From: an uncultured Bacteroidales bacterium
Lineage (GTDB): Bacteria; Bacteroidota; Bacteroidia; Bacteroidales; Paludibacteraceae
NCBI GenBank assembly: GCA_946059305.1
Contig: CAMGMU010000001.1
Coordinates: forward strand, 10,354-74,353
Reading direction: 5' to 3'
DNA length: 64,000 nt
In this document: piece by piece, positions 27,614 to 36,740 of the stretch
Position numbering within the stretch: the stretch's first letter is position 1
Layout of the letters: each line of letters begins with the position of its first letter
Notes under the pieces: generated by a model
Database searches by the model: none
The model's input: the letters and a program-made list of their open reading frames with translations, nothing else
Told to the model about the DNA's origin: nothing
Program-made: the position numbers and the translations under genes

Positions 27614-28387
27614 ATGACAGATTCATTTGCATTAATCACCGGTGCTTCATCCGGTATGGGTTACTGCTATGCCCAGCAATTAGCCGCCCGAGGCTATCAG
27701 CTTTTGATTGTGAGCAATGAGCCCGCGATCCACGAAAAAGCAGCTATATTGAGAAACGAGTATCCCGTTCAGGTAGTGAGCCTTGAGCGCGACCTTTCGC
27801 TGCCTTCTGCAGCTCAGGAACTGCATCAGTATTGCATAGATAATCAGCTCGAAGTGGAGGTACTCGTCAATAATGCAGGTGTTTATCACGACCGTGATTT
27901 TCTCCTCGATTCTGAGCGCTTCAACTCGTTGATTCTCAATCTGCACATGTACACGCCTGCTATGCTCTGCTATTACTTCGGGCAGGATATGGTAGCGCGC
28001 CATAAAGGGTATATCCTCAACGTGTGCTCCATCACGTCCACGATTGCCGTACAACGATTGGCCACGTATAGCGCCACCAAAGCGTTCCTCTCCAATTTCA
28101 GCCGTGCCCTCCATGTGGAGCTTCGCCAGAAAGGAGTGATTGTAACGGATGTCAGCCCGGGAGCAGTCGATACCGGTCTCTACAACATCCACCCTGTCTT
28201 CACCAAGATGGGGCGCGCACTCGGCATCATCGTTTCGCCTGAATACTTAGTGCGTCGTGCGCTCAATGCCCTCTTCAGAGGCAGAGCCAAAACCACTGTT
28301 CCTTTCGTTTGGAGCAAACTCATTCAGCTTTTCGTAGCCCTCATCCCCACCTGCTTACTCCGTCTTATTCGCCGATGCGGATATTAA
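27614..28387 (+). CDS. SDR family oxidoreductase
   Basis: 257 aa with TGASSGMG, NNAG and the YSATK catalytic motif. Confidence 0.85.
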   Translation: MTDSFALITGASSGMGYCYAQQLAARGYQLLIVSNEPAIHEKAAILRNEYPVQVVSLERDLSLPSAAQELHQYCIDNQLEVEVLVNNAGVYHDRDFLLDSERFNSLILNLHMYTPAMLCYYFGQDMVARHKGYILNVCSITSTIAVQRLATYSATKAFLSNFSRALHVELRQKGVIVTDVSPGAVDTGLYNIHPVFTKMGRALGIIVSPEYLVRRALNALFRGRAKTTVPFVWSKLIQLFVALIPTCLLRLIRRCGY

Positions 28388-28451
28388 TCAAGTAACGCTA
28401 CAATCAATCAAAGGCCAAAGGCAGATAAACCATTGGCTTCACAAACCAACT

Positions 28452-28475
28452 ACGGTCAGCCCATCGGCTGACCGT
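28452..28475. terminator. Bidirectional hairpin between the convergent SDR and lysA genes
   Basis: acggtcagcc-catc-ggctgaccgt (10-bp perfect stem). Confidence 0.5.
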
Positions 28476-28503
28476 ATATCGTATTCTAAGCCCTTCTGAG
28501 AAA

Positions 28504-29664
28504 TCAGTCTGTGCTTACCACATGTCCGGGCAAACGCCTCAGATTGTATTGTGAAGCCATTATCTCGCCATAGGCGCCCGCACTTCGGAGAGCGAGGATA
28601 TCGCCTCTATGCGTGAGCGGCATCTCGAAATTTTCCACAAACACATCCGAGGATTCACAAATCGGTCCTACCACATCGTATCGCATACGTTCCTTGCGGC
28701 CTTCACGTTTGGCTGTGAGGTTTTCCACTTTGTGGTAGGCATCATACAGAGCAGGACGAATCAAATCGGTCATACCCGCATCCACCATTACGAACTCCTT
28801 CTGCTCAGTATGTTTGACATACAGCACACGCGTAATCAGACTGCCACATTGGGCTACCACAGCACGTCCTAATTCGAAGTGAAGTTCCTGATCCTCACGC
28901 AGTTTAAGGAATTTTCGAAAGGTGCGGAAATAGCCCTCAAAATCGGGTATACAGAAGTGGTTGGGATGGTCATAACTAACGCCCAAACCGCCACCCACAT
29001 CGATATTCTTCACCCTTATTCCGGCTGCTTCAATCTGCTCTACCAGTTTATTCACCTGCATGCAGAGGTTGCGGAAAGGCGCAAAATCGGTAATCTGACT
29101 GCCGATATGGAAATGCAGGCCTTCAAACGCAATATGCGGCATCGCCATACACTTCTCGATGGTAGGCATCAAATCCTTTATTTGAATGCCGAACTTATTG
29201 ATATTCAGTCCTGTAGTGATTTTCTTATGGGTATGCGCATCCACGTTCGGATTGATGCGGAGGCATACATGCGCTACCTTGTTCATCTCTCCTGCAATAC
29301 GCTCGATATTCTCCAATTCCTCTACCGATTCCACATTGAGGGCAGCAATCTCCTTCTCGAGTGCGAGACGAATCTCCCAATCGGCTTTTGCTACTCCCGC
29401 AAAGAGAATCTGCTCAGGTTTGGCACCAGCTTCCAGCGAAGCGCGCACCTCTCCTCCGCTCACACAATCCGTACCTAAACCGGCATCAATAATCGTTTTG
29501 AGAACAGGCTCAGTCGCACAGGCTTTTACGGCATAATGCACATGCCAATTGGGCTCTGGAGCAGTTCGTTTGATTTCCTCTACCGTCTGCCGGAGCAGCT
29601 CAAGATCGTAATAGTAGAAAGGCGTCTCTCGGCCAGTCCACTCATCTATCGGAAACACAGTCAT
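28504..29664 (-). CDS. lysA: Diaminopimelate decarboxylase
   Basis: 386 aa with a PLP-dependent Orn/DAP/Arg decarboxylase pattern (YAVKA..., HFHIGSQ, GGGLG, CESSD). Confidence 0.85.
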   Translation of the reverse strand: MTVFPIDEWTGRETPFYYYDLELLRQTVEEIKRTAPEPNWHVHYAVKACATEPVLKTIIDAGLGTDCVSGGEVRASLEAGAKPEQILFAGVAKADWEIRLALEKEIAALNVESVEELENIERIAGEMNKVAHVCLRINPNVDAHTHKKITTGLNINKFGIQIKDLMPTIEKCMAMPHIAFEGLHFHIGSQITDFAPFRNLCMQVNKLVEQIEAAGIRVKNIDVGGGLGVSYDHPNHFCIPDFEGYFRTFRKFLKLREDQELHFELGRAVVAQCGSLITRVLYVKHTEQKEFVMVDAGMTDLIRPALYDAYHKVENLTAKREGRKERMRYDVVGPICESSDVFVENFEMPLTHRGDILALRSAGAYGEIMASQYNLRRLPGHVVSTD

Positions 29665-29694
29665 AACTAAAGAAATTACGTTAACCTATTCAAA

Positions 29695-31053
29695 TCACTT
29701 ACAAAGTGCTTGATAAAACTCTGCAACAGCTACGATACCGTTTTCAAACACCTCCAAATCCATCGATTCGTTAGGCGAATGGATAGCGTTTTGCTCTAAA
29801 CCGAAGCCCATCAAAATAGTCTTCACGCCCAGCACTTTCTCAAAAGTGGCAATAATAGGGATACTGCCGCCTCGGCGAGCTGCAAGCGGTTTCTTTCCGA
29901 AGGCTTTCTCAAATCCTGCTTCGGCTGCTTTGTATGCCGGCAAATCGATGGGGCACACATAGCCCTGACCACCATGCATAGGCGTCACCTCCACTTTCAC
30001 GGACTTAGGAGCAATTTGCTGCATGTATTCCACAAACGCACGACTGATTTCTTCGTGATCTTGATTGGCCACCAGTCGGCAACTCACTTTGGCAAACGCC
30101 TCACTCGGCAACACCGTCTTGCTGCCTTCGACCGTATAGCCGCCCCAAATGCCGCAGATATCAAAACTCGGACGACAACTATTGCGCTCAAGCGTGTTGT
30201 AACCAGCCTCGCCCTGAAGGGCATCCACACCGATAGCCTGCATGTATTTCTGCTCATCAAACGGAATCTCACGAATCATCTCGCGCTCGGCTTCTGGAAT
30301 GGGGAGCACCTTATCGTAGAAACCCGGAATAGTGATGCGACCATCAGCATCAATCACCTTATCGAGCATACCGCAAAGCACGTTGATGGGGTTAGCCACA
30401 GCGCCTCCGAAATGGCCGGAATGAAGGTCTCTATTCGGACCGGTCACCTTCATCTGCCAATACGCCAATCCGCGCAAACCGGTAGTGATAGAGGGCGTGT
30501 CCTTACCTATCATCGAGGTGTCGCTCACGAGGATAATATTGCATTGGAGCAAGTCGCGATGGGCAATCATAAACGGCTCAAGCGAGGGGCTGCCAATCTC
30601 CTCCTCACCCTCGAAAATGAATTTCACATTAGCCTTCATCTTGCCCTCTTTTACGAGGTATTCAAACGCTTTCACCTGAATCAGACTCTGACCTTTATCA
30701 TCGTCCGCGCCACGCGCATACAAGCGTCCATCGCGCACTTCGGGCTCAAACGGGTTGCTTTTCCAGAGCTCGAGCGGTTCAGCCGGCATCACATCGTAAT
30801 GGCCATACACGAGCACGGTAGGTGCCCCATCTGCCACATGATATTCGCCATACACCATCGGATTGCCTTCGCTCGGCATCACTTCGGCATGTTGCGCTCC
30901 GGCAGCCAACAGCAACTCCCGCCAACGCTCAGCACAACGGAGCATGTCAGATTTGTGTTCCTCCTTGCAGGAGATACTCGGGATTCGAATCAACGATGCC
31001 CACTCTTCACGAATGCGAGGCATCTCTTCTTGAATGTAATTACGGATTTCCAT
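29695..31053 (-). CDS. M20 family dipeptidase
   Basis: 452 aa with HYDVMP, GADDDKG and EGEEEIGS metal-ligand motifs. Confidence 0.85.
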   Translation of the reverse strand: MEIRNYIQEEMPRIREEWASLIRIPSISCKEEHKSDMLRCAERWRELLLAAGAQHAEVMPSEGNPMVYGEYHVADGAPTVLVYGHYDVMPAEPLELWKSNPFEPEVRDGRLYARGADDDKGQSLIQVKAFEYLVKEGKMKANVKFIFEGEEEIGSPSLEPFMIAHRDLLQCNIILVSDTSMIGKDTPSITTGLRGLAYWQMKVTGPNRDLHSGHFGGAVANPINVLCGMLDKVIDADGRITIPGFYDKVLPIPEAEREMIREIPFDEQKYMQAIGVDALQGEAGYNTLERNSCRPSFDICGIWGGYTVEGSKTVLPSEAFAKVSCRLVANQDHEEISRAFVEYMQQIAPKSVKVEVTPMHGGQGYVCPIDLPAYKAAEAGFEKAFGKKPLAARRGGSIPIIATFEKVLGVKTILMGFGLEQNAIHSPNESMDLEVFENGIVAVAEFYQALCK

Positions 31054-31063
31054 GATACGTTTT

Positions 31064-31870
31064 TTATAAGAGTTTAGAATTCAATTCATCATAATATTTG
31101 GGCGAAACGGGAATGGGTTTTACGCCTGACACATCCAGTTCGGCAATAATTACCCCTTCCTTATCTTTTCGGAGCACTTTCACGTGCTTAGGATTGACGT
31201 AATATTTTCGTTGACAACGCACAATATCATGCTTTTCCATCAGCGGTTGCAAACGCGTGAGCGAGTTGCGAAGCGAATATTCATTCAGGTTCTCGCCATC
31301 GATATAGCGAATATTGCTGTAATTTTCTTCGGCCTCAATGTAAAGAATCTTTTCGGAAGCAATCACGAGTTTGAGTCGGCCCGTGTAGTCTTCAAATCGA
31401 ATCAAACTGGCTTCGGGCACATCTTCTTTCTCATCTTTTTTGAGCGCAAGAATGAGGTTGATGATTACATAACCATACACCAACACAGCAAATAGCATCA
31501 AAAAACAGTAGCCCACGCCTTGGAAATAGGAATACAGCCCTTTATACATTAAAACCATGTAAAGGGCGCAAAAAAACGCGCTCACTACCACCTCTGCCAA
31601 TATCCAAAGCAAATAGTAATACAACGGCATGCGGACTTTGCAAACAGTCATCGGAATACGGCTTGCGCACAATACACCCATCACGATAAGGCTGATGATA
31701 ATGATATTAAAATGATACCATCTGCCATCCACCATATACAGCCATTGCAGCATCCATTCCGAGCGATACAGCAGCAAAAAAACGAATAGAAACAACGGCA
31801 GGGCAAAAATATGCACGAGCATCGATGTCAATCCCGTCTGATAAGGCTTCATATTTTCCATATACAACAA
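31064..31870 (-). CDS. Membrane-anchored LytTR-domain DNA-binding protein
   Basis: 268 aa with 4-5 N-terminal TM helices and a C-terminal LytTR pattern (ILYIEAEENYSNIRY...VRCQRKYYVNPKHV). Confidence 0.75.
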   Translation of the reverse strand: MLYMENMKPYQTGLTSMLVHIFALPLFLFVFLLLYRSEWMLQWLYMVDGRWYHFNIIIISLIVMGVLCASRIPMTVCKVRMPLYYYLLWILAEVVVSAFFCALYMVLMYKGLYSYFQGVGYCFLMLFAVLVYGYVIINLILALKKDEKEDVPEASLIRFEDYTGRLKLVIASEKILYIEAEENYSNIRYIDGENLNEYSLRNSLTRLQPLMEKHDIVRCQRKYYVNPKHVKVLRKDKEGVIIAELDVSGVKPIPVSPKYYDELNSKLL

Positions 31871-32013
31871 TTTTTAATCTACTATTTCAATGTGACGAAA
31901 TGAAAAATGGCCGAATTTGGTCACAATATAGCCGTTTTAGTCACCTTTTCCTATCTTTCATCAAAAATTATGCCATTTAATCACAAATATTTGCTACTGA
32001 CAGAATTTTGCAG

Positions 32014-32021
32014 TAATTTTG
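32014..32021 (+). promoter_or_regulatory. -7 box TAATTTTG upstream of the hemolysin-III gene
   Basis: The sequence is gcagTAATTTTGcagcg, which leaves a leader of about 180 nt. Confidence 0.45.
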
Positions 32022-32209
32022 CAGCGCTTTTCCGGAAAAGCCGCAATTCTTCCGCTGTTGAGAGTTGCTAATCTGCCAGCGCACACGTCACACATGACGC
32101 ACATGACAAGCGTAAGCGCACACGTCACATGGCGCACATGCTACACGATAGCGCACGACATCAGATAAATAAGGAAACAGCCTGTTAAACTCATTAAACA
32201 TTATTCGAT

Positions 32210-32989
32210 ATGAACGCAATACAACTCACCTCCGCTACCGCTAAGCACAGCGATACGACCACCAGCATAAGTAAGAAAGTCATCCGTTCGGCTGCCAATC
32301 AAGGCATCCACTCGGCAGCTGCTCAAGGCAACCATTCGGCAGCCGCTACCGACTTCGCTTTCCCTTCGGCTGATGAAGAACACGCCAACGCACAAACGCA
32401 TTTTGGCGGCATCATCCTCACCCTCTTGTTGGGCGGACCGCTGATCAGCCTGTCGCTGGAGCTCGATTGGACGTATATCCTCGGCACTTGCCTCTTCGTA
32501 GCAGGCATGCTCGCCATGTACACGTGCAGCACCCTCTACCATGCCGCCACGGATATCGAAAAGAAAAAGCGCTTGCGTATCCTCGACCATTCGAGCATTT
32601 ACGTCATGATTGCCGGCTCTTACAGCATCATCTGCACGAGCGTCTTAGGCGGCTGGATGGGTTGGAGTCTTTTTGCTTTCCTCTGGGCGTGTACAATTGC
32701 CGGCATCATCGGTAAGTTCATCGCCATCGGCAAGTATCCGCGTCTCTCTCTGTTGCTTTATCTACTGATGGGTTGGGTGGCGCTTATCGTGATCGTACCT
32801 CTCTGGAAAGCCCTCTCCCACCTCGCTTTTGCGCTCGTGATTGCAGAGGGACTCGCATACACCATCGGGGCGTATTTTTTCAAACATGACGAAGAGCACG
32901 CCCACTTCCATGCCATTTGGCATATCTTCATCCTTCTCGGCTCGATCTTCCACCTCCTGGCCGTGATGCTCATCTTGGTAAACGGATAA
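32210..32989 (+). CDS. Hemolysin III / PAQR family membrane protein
   Basis: 259 aa with 7 TM helices and the motifs YH...LDHSSIYVMIAGSY and HAIWHIFIL. The N-terminal 50 aa or so form a low-complexity extension, so the true start may lie further downstream. Confidence 0.8.
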   Translation: MNAIQLTSATAKHSDTTTSISKKVIRSAANQGIHSAAAQGNHSAAATDFAFPSADEEHANAQTHFGGIILTLLLGGPLISLSLELDWTYILGTCLFVAGMLAMYTCSTLYHAATDIEKKKRLRILDHSSIYVMIAGSYSIICTSVLGGWMGWSLFAFLWACTIAGIIGKFIAIGKYPRLSLLLYLLMGWVALIVIVPLWKALSHLAFALVIAEGLAYTIGAYFFKHDEEHAHFHAIWHIFILLGSIFHLLAVMLILVNG

Positions 32990-33187
32990 CGAAACCATTC
33001 CGATAGTCTCGTATAGTCGATTCCCCCCATAAATGTGGATTTCCACATTGATTTCAGTTTATAGTATTTTTGTGAAGCGGGAGCTGTGAAGCCCTCGCTT
33101 CATTGTTTATGTACAGCAAAGTCGTCAAGCCGTTCATCACCTCTTTTCCATCGCTATACACCCTCTCATCCTCCACTCATCCATAAC

Positions 33188-33259
33188 GCATCTAGCTTAC
33201 ATCTAGCTTACACCGCACGAGAATGTAAGCTAGATGTAAGCTAGATGTAAGCTAGATGC
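33188..33259. repeat. Composite palindrome built from an 11-bp unit (taagctagatg)
   Basis: gcatctagcttacatctagcttaca - ccgcacgagaa - tgtaagctagatgtaagctagatgtaagctagatgc. There are 2 units on the left arm and 3 on the right. Confidence 0.9.
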
Positions 33260-33395
33260 ACGTGTGCTGAACATACAATAAACGAGTTATCCTTAGTCGC
33301 TAACCTGATGATAAAAGAGAAAAAAACATGCCAATACAGCGAATTTTGAACATTTGGTGTGATTTTTGTGGTTGCAATGTGTATTTATAAAAACA

Positions 33396-33584
33396 ATGTA
33401 TATGGAAACACCCCCTACGAATCCCCAAATGCTGGTGTCAGCCATCAATATGCTGTTGCGTGACGGTGCATTTGACTCGCTCGAAGCCCTTTGCGCATAT
33501 TACGATCGCGATCAAGAAGCGCTACTCCGCACCCTTGCAGAGGCCGGCTTCGAATACCTGCCCGAGCAAAAACGTTTCTACTGA
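33396..33584 (+). CDS. DUF4250-type small protein
   Basis: The pattern is PQMLVSAINMLLRDGAFDSLEALCAYYDRDQEALLRTLAEAGFEY. An ATG at 33396 (or 33402) is preferred over the TTG at 33366. Confidence 0.6.
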   Translation: MYMETPPTNPQMLVSAINMLLRDGAFDSLEALCAYYDRDQEALLRTLAEAGFEYLPEQKRFY

Positions 33585-33678
33585 AAAGATGGACAAGTCC
33601 ATTTTCATGAACAATACAGCTTCTTGCACGTTTGGCACGCTTTTTGCGTTTTAGCAATCAAAACCAACAGAAACGCCT

Positions 33679-35694
33679 ATGAAACGCATGATTCTTTTCC
33701 TGAGTGCTATGTTCTTCTGCCTCAGCATTTTCGCCCAACAAGTATCTACAGCAGTAGCGGCAAAAGCGAAACAAGCGCCCACAAAAATTGAAGCGAACGC
33801 AAAGCAAGTGCCCAATACAGAAAAGGCGAGCACGAAACAGGCGCCCACTACGATTCTCGTAATGGATTCGGCCAATGCGCTCTTGCATGGTGTAAGCATT
33901 ACCGCAGCAGGTTGCGAGCCCTTCACCACTACCTTCGACGGACGCTATGTGATGGGGCTGCCGTTGCAAAACGACCTCCTGCTAACGCTCGTTGCGCCTC
34001 TTCGCGATACCGTGCGTTTTACCCTCACTCCTGCCATGCAAGGGCAGACGGTAATCATCCGAATGGGCGAACGCCATTATCCCGAAATAGGTATTGGCGA
34101 AGAATATGATGAGGATGCCACAAGCACTGGCGGCAAGCGCAAAAGCCGAAAAGAAGTTGTAGTGTTAGGCTATGGGGCACCTATGTTGGCCAGCAGAGCC
34201 TCTACCGAAGCCGCCAAAGATAGCTATTTTGTGGAGGAGGAAGAAATAGAAACGGCAGAAAAAGCGGATGCAGGAATACCTACTTATTCTGTTCGCGGGA
34301 CAGCCAACACCCTACCCTCGGCAGGCAAACTCACCGCAGGTGAAGTCAACGATTTCGCCAAATGGGCGCTCTGGCCGAAACTGCTTGATGGCTCCCACAA
34401 AAACTACCTCCAAGACTGGCAGATGGTACCTCGCAACCGCTATGTGGTGCAGCTCACCAACACGCAAGGTTACCCCATCGCAGATCGGTCGGTCAGCCTC
34501 ACCGATAAGAAAGGCAACACCCTCTTCCAAGCCCGTACGGACAACACCGGCAAAGCAGAGCTTTGGGAAGGGCTGTTTAAAACAAGCAAATCGACTGCTG
34601 CTTTTGTGCAGATTGACGGTCTGCAATATCCTGCCCAACGCTTTGATACAGAGGGACTTATCCGCATTAGCATCAACGAGCCGTGTGAAGCGCCCGAAGT
34701 GGCGGACGTGTTCTTCATCTTCGATGCTACCGGCTCGATGGGCGATGAGCTTCGTTACCTTCAGGCAGAGATGCAAGACGTCATCAGTCGTTCGCAATCG
34801 GCTGTTGAGGGATTGCATATCCGCACCGGTGCCCTCGTGTATCGCGACTACAGCGATGCTTACCTCACCCGCATCTCGCGTTTGAGCGACTCCATCCAAC
34901 CAACGCAACAGTTTATCTCCGCCCAATCGGCTGCTGGTGGTGGCGACTACGAAGAGGCTGTGCCTGAGGCAGTTATGGCAGCTGTGAATGCTGCGGGTTG
35001 GTCGCCTTCGGCTCGTGCGCGCATCGCTTTCCTTATCCTCGATGCTCCCTGCCATAATGATGAAACAACGCTCAAGCTGCTCCACGAGCAAGCGCTCAAT
35101 GCAGCCGCAGCCGGCATCCGCATCGTGCCCATTGTGTGCAGCGGTCTTCGCGAGAGTGGCGAACTGCTCATGAGAAGCCTTGCCCTCATCACCAACGGCA
35201 GCTCATTCTTCCTCACCGATGACTCTGGCATTGGCGGCACCCACCTCAAGCCCACTACCGACTCGCTCAAAGTGGAGCACCTCAACGACATGCTCGTGCG
35301 AACCATCATCTCGTTCTCCCGCATGCCCGATTGCCAAATCGAAGAGTGGGCGGAAACGGCTATCGAACCGCAAGAAACGGATGCGTTCCTGCCACAACCG
35401 TTTGAGTCGGAAGATCTCGACTCGCTGCCGACCATTTTACCTTCCCTGCCTTTGGCAGATGTGCTATCCATACGCCCTAACCCCTGCACAGAATACTGCC
35501 TCGTGAACCTACCCCTCGGATGCGAAGCGCTCTTCCTCACGGACCTCACCGGAAAGACGATCCAAGGCTTCGGAAAAATGCCGGAAGCAACGCTCGATTA
35601 CCCTATCCGAACCGACATGCTCGCCAGTGGAATCTACTTTGTAAAAGCCTTCTACGGCGGCCGTTGGTACACGCAAAAACTAATCGTAAAATAG
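33679..35694 (+). CDS. Secreted von Willebrand factor A domain protein with CarboxypepD_reg-like domains and a T9SS type-A C-terminal sorting domain
   Basis: 671 aa with a signal peptide and the vWA start DVFFIFDATGSMGDEL. The C-terminal 80 aa or so (IRPNPCTEY...SGIYFVKAFYGGRWYTQKLIVK) match the T9SS CTD pattern. Confidence 0.8.
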   Translation: MKRMILFLSAMFFCLSIFAQQVSTAVAAKAKQAPTKIEANAKQVPNTEKASTKQAPTTILVMDSANALLHGVSITAAGCEPFTTTFDGRYVMGLPLQNDLLLTLVAPLRDTVRFTLTPAMQGQTVIIRMGERHYPEIGIGEEYDEDATSTGGKRKSRKEVVVLGYGAPMLASRASTEAAKDSYFVEEEEIETAEKADAGIPTYSVRGTANTLPSAGKLTAGEVNDFAKWALWPKLLDGSHKNYLQDWQMVPRNRYVVQLTNTQGYPIADRSVSLTDKKGNTLFQARTDNTGKAELWEGLFKTSKSTAAFVQIDGLQYPAQRFDTEGLIRISINEPCEAPEVADVFFIFDATGSMGDELRYLQAEMQDVISRSQSAVEGLHIRTGALVYRDYSDAYLTRISRLSDSIQPTQQFISAQSAAGGGDYEEAVPEAVMAAVNAAGWSPSARARIAFLILDAPCHNDETTLKLLHEQALNAAAAGIRIVPIVCSGLRESGELLMRSLALITNGSSFFLTDDSGIGGTHLKPTTDSLKVEHLNDMLVRTIISFSRMPDCQIEEWAETAIEPQETDAFLPQPFESEDLDSLPTILPSLPLADVLSIRPNPCTEYCLVNLPLGCEALFLTDLTGKTIQGFGKMPEATLDYPIRTDMLASGIYFVKAFYGGRWYTQKLIVK

Positions 35695-35754
35695 TTTTTT
35701 ACCAAAAAAAGTAAAAAAATACCTGCCTTTCTTGCACGATTCAATTTTTTTTCG

Positions 35755-35762
35755 TAATTTTG
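35755..35762 (+). promoter_or_regulatory. -7 box TAATTTTG for the sensor kinase gene
   Basis: The sequence is ttcgTAATTTTGcagtcg, 31 nt before the ATG at 35793. Confidence 0.55.
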
Positions 35763-35792
35763 CAGTCGAAATCATGAAAGACAGGTATTTTT

Positions 35793-36737
35793 ATGCATTA
35801 CGACTCCCTCGTTTTACACCAGATTCTTGAAGACGCCGATCAAAGCATAGCCGTAATAGATGCCAATTCCCGGAGTTTGCTCTATGTCAACAAAAAGGCG
35901 AGAGATTTTTTGAGTATAACCAACGATACCTTTCTCGATATACATTGTTATAGGGCGCTTTTTGGCTACTCCGAACCCTGCATTTTCTGTCCGCTCAAGC
36001 GTGCTAATCAAGGAAACCAACTGACGCACACCTACCGCAAAGGCAATGGTATTTTCAGTTCGCGCTACAAGCCCATCATTTGGAATGGGCAGCCTGCATA
36101 TGCCGTATATGTGCAGGACATCACCGAAGTGAGCGTTTCTGAAAATATCTACAACACCGAGGTGGAGGCTATCATGAACTCCAACACGGACACACAGGGC
36201 GTCACACATCTCGACCTCGATGCCAATATCGTTCTTTACAGCAAGAGTACCCTCAATACGTATTCGAATACCCTTCCGAAAATTGCGGAACTTTGCATTT
36301 ATACTTTCACGGATTTTATTATCGAGGAGTCAGAAAAATATCAATTCCGCAACCAATTCAACCCTTCGAACCTCAGGCTGATTTTCGAAATGGGGCAACG
36401 TTCGCTCTCCCGCGAGTATCGCGTTCGCAAAAAAGATGGCACGATTTTTTGGACACGTCTTACAGCCAGTTTGATTAAGAACCCCACCAACAACCACCTT
36501 GAGTGCGTGCTCTTTGCTATCGACTGCACCCGCGAGCATGAGCTCCGAAAAAGCATCGAGGAAATCAACCTCATTAATCAGGCCATCTCATCCGATTATG
36601 GCACGATCATGACGGTGAACATCAACAAGGGACTCATGCATATTCATAAACTCAGTTCGGACTACAACGCTTCGTCAATTAACATGCCAAACGACTGTCC
36701 ATTCGATGAGTTTTTCTCGGCTTATATCCATAATTAG
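35793..36737 (+). CDS. N-terminal sensor part (PAS domains) of a hybrid histidine kinase, ending at an in-frame TAG
   Basis: 314 aa with two PAS-like modules, the first carrying HCYx10CxxC. The stop at 36735-36737 is in frame with the next ORF. Confidence 0.75.
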   Translation: MHYDSLVLHQILEDADQSIAVIDANSRSLLYVNKKARDFLSITNDTFLDIHCYRALFGYSEPCIFCPLKRANQGNQLTHTYRKGNGIFSSRYKPIIWNGQPAYAVYVQDITEVSVSENIYNTEVEAIMNSNTDTQGVTHLDLDANIVLYSKSTLNTYSNTLPKIAELCIYTFTDFIIEESEKYQFRNQFNPSNLRLIFEMGQRSLSREYRVRKKDGTIFWTRLTASLIKNPTNNHLECVLFAIDCTREHELRKSIEEINLINQAISSDYGTIMTVNINKGLMHIHKLSSDYNASSINMPNDCPFDEFFSAYIHN

Positions 36738-36740
36738 GTA

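Noticed and set aside
36735-36737. TAG reassignment (alternative genetic code) as an explanation for the split kinase
   Set aside because: TAG terminates other clearly complete genes in the window, for example nqrA at 43398-43400 and the vWA gene at 35692-35694, with sensible C-termini. A global recoding is therefore unlikely.
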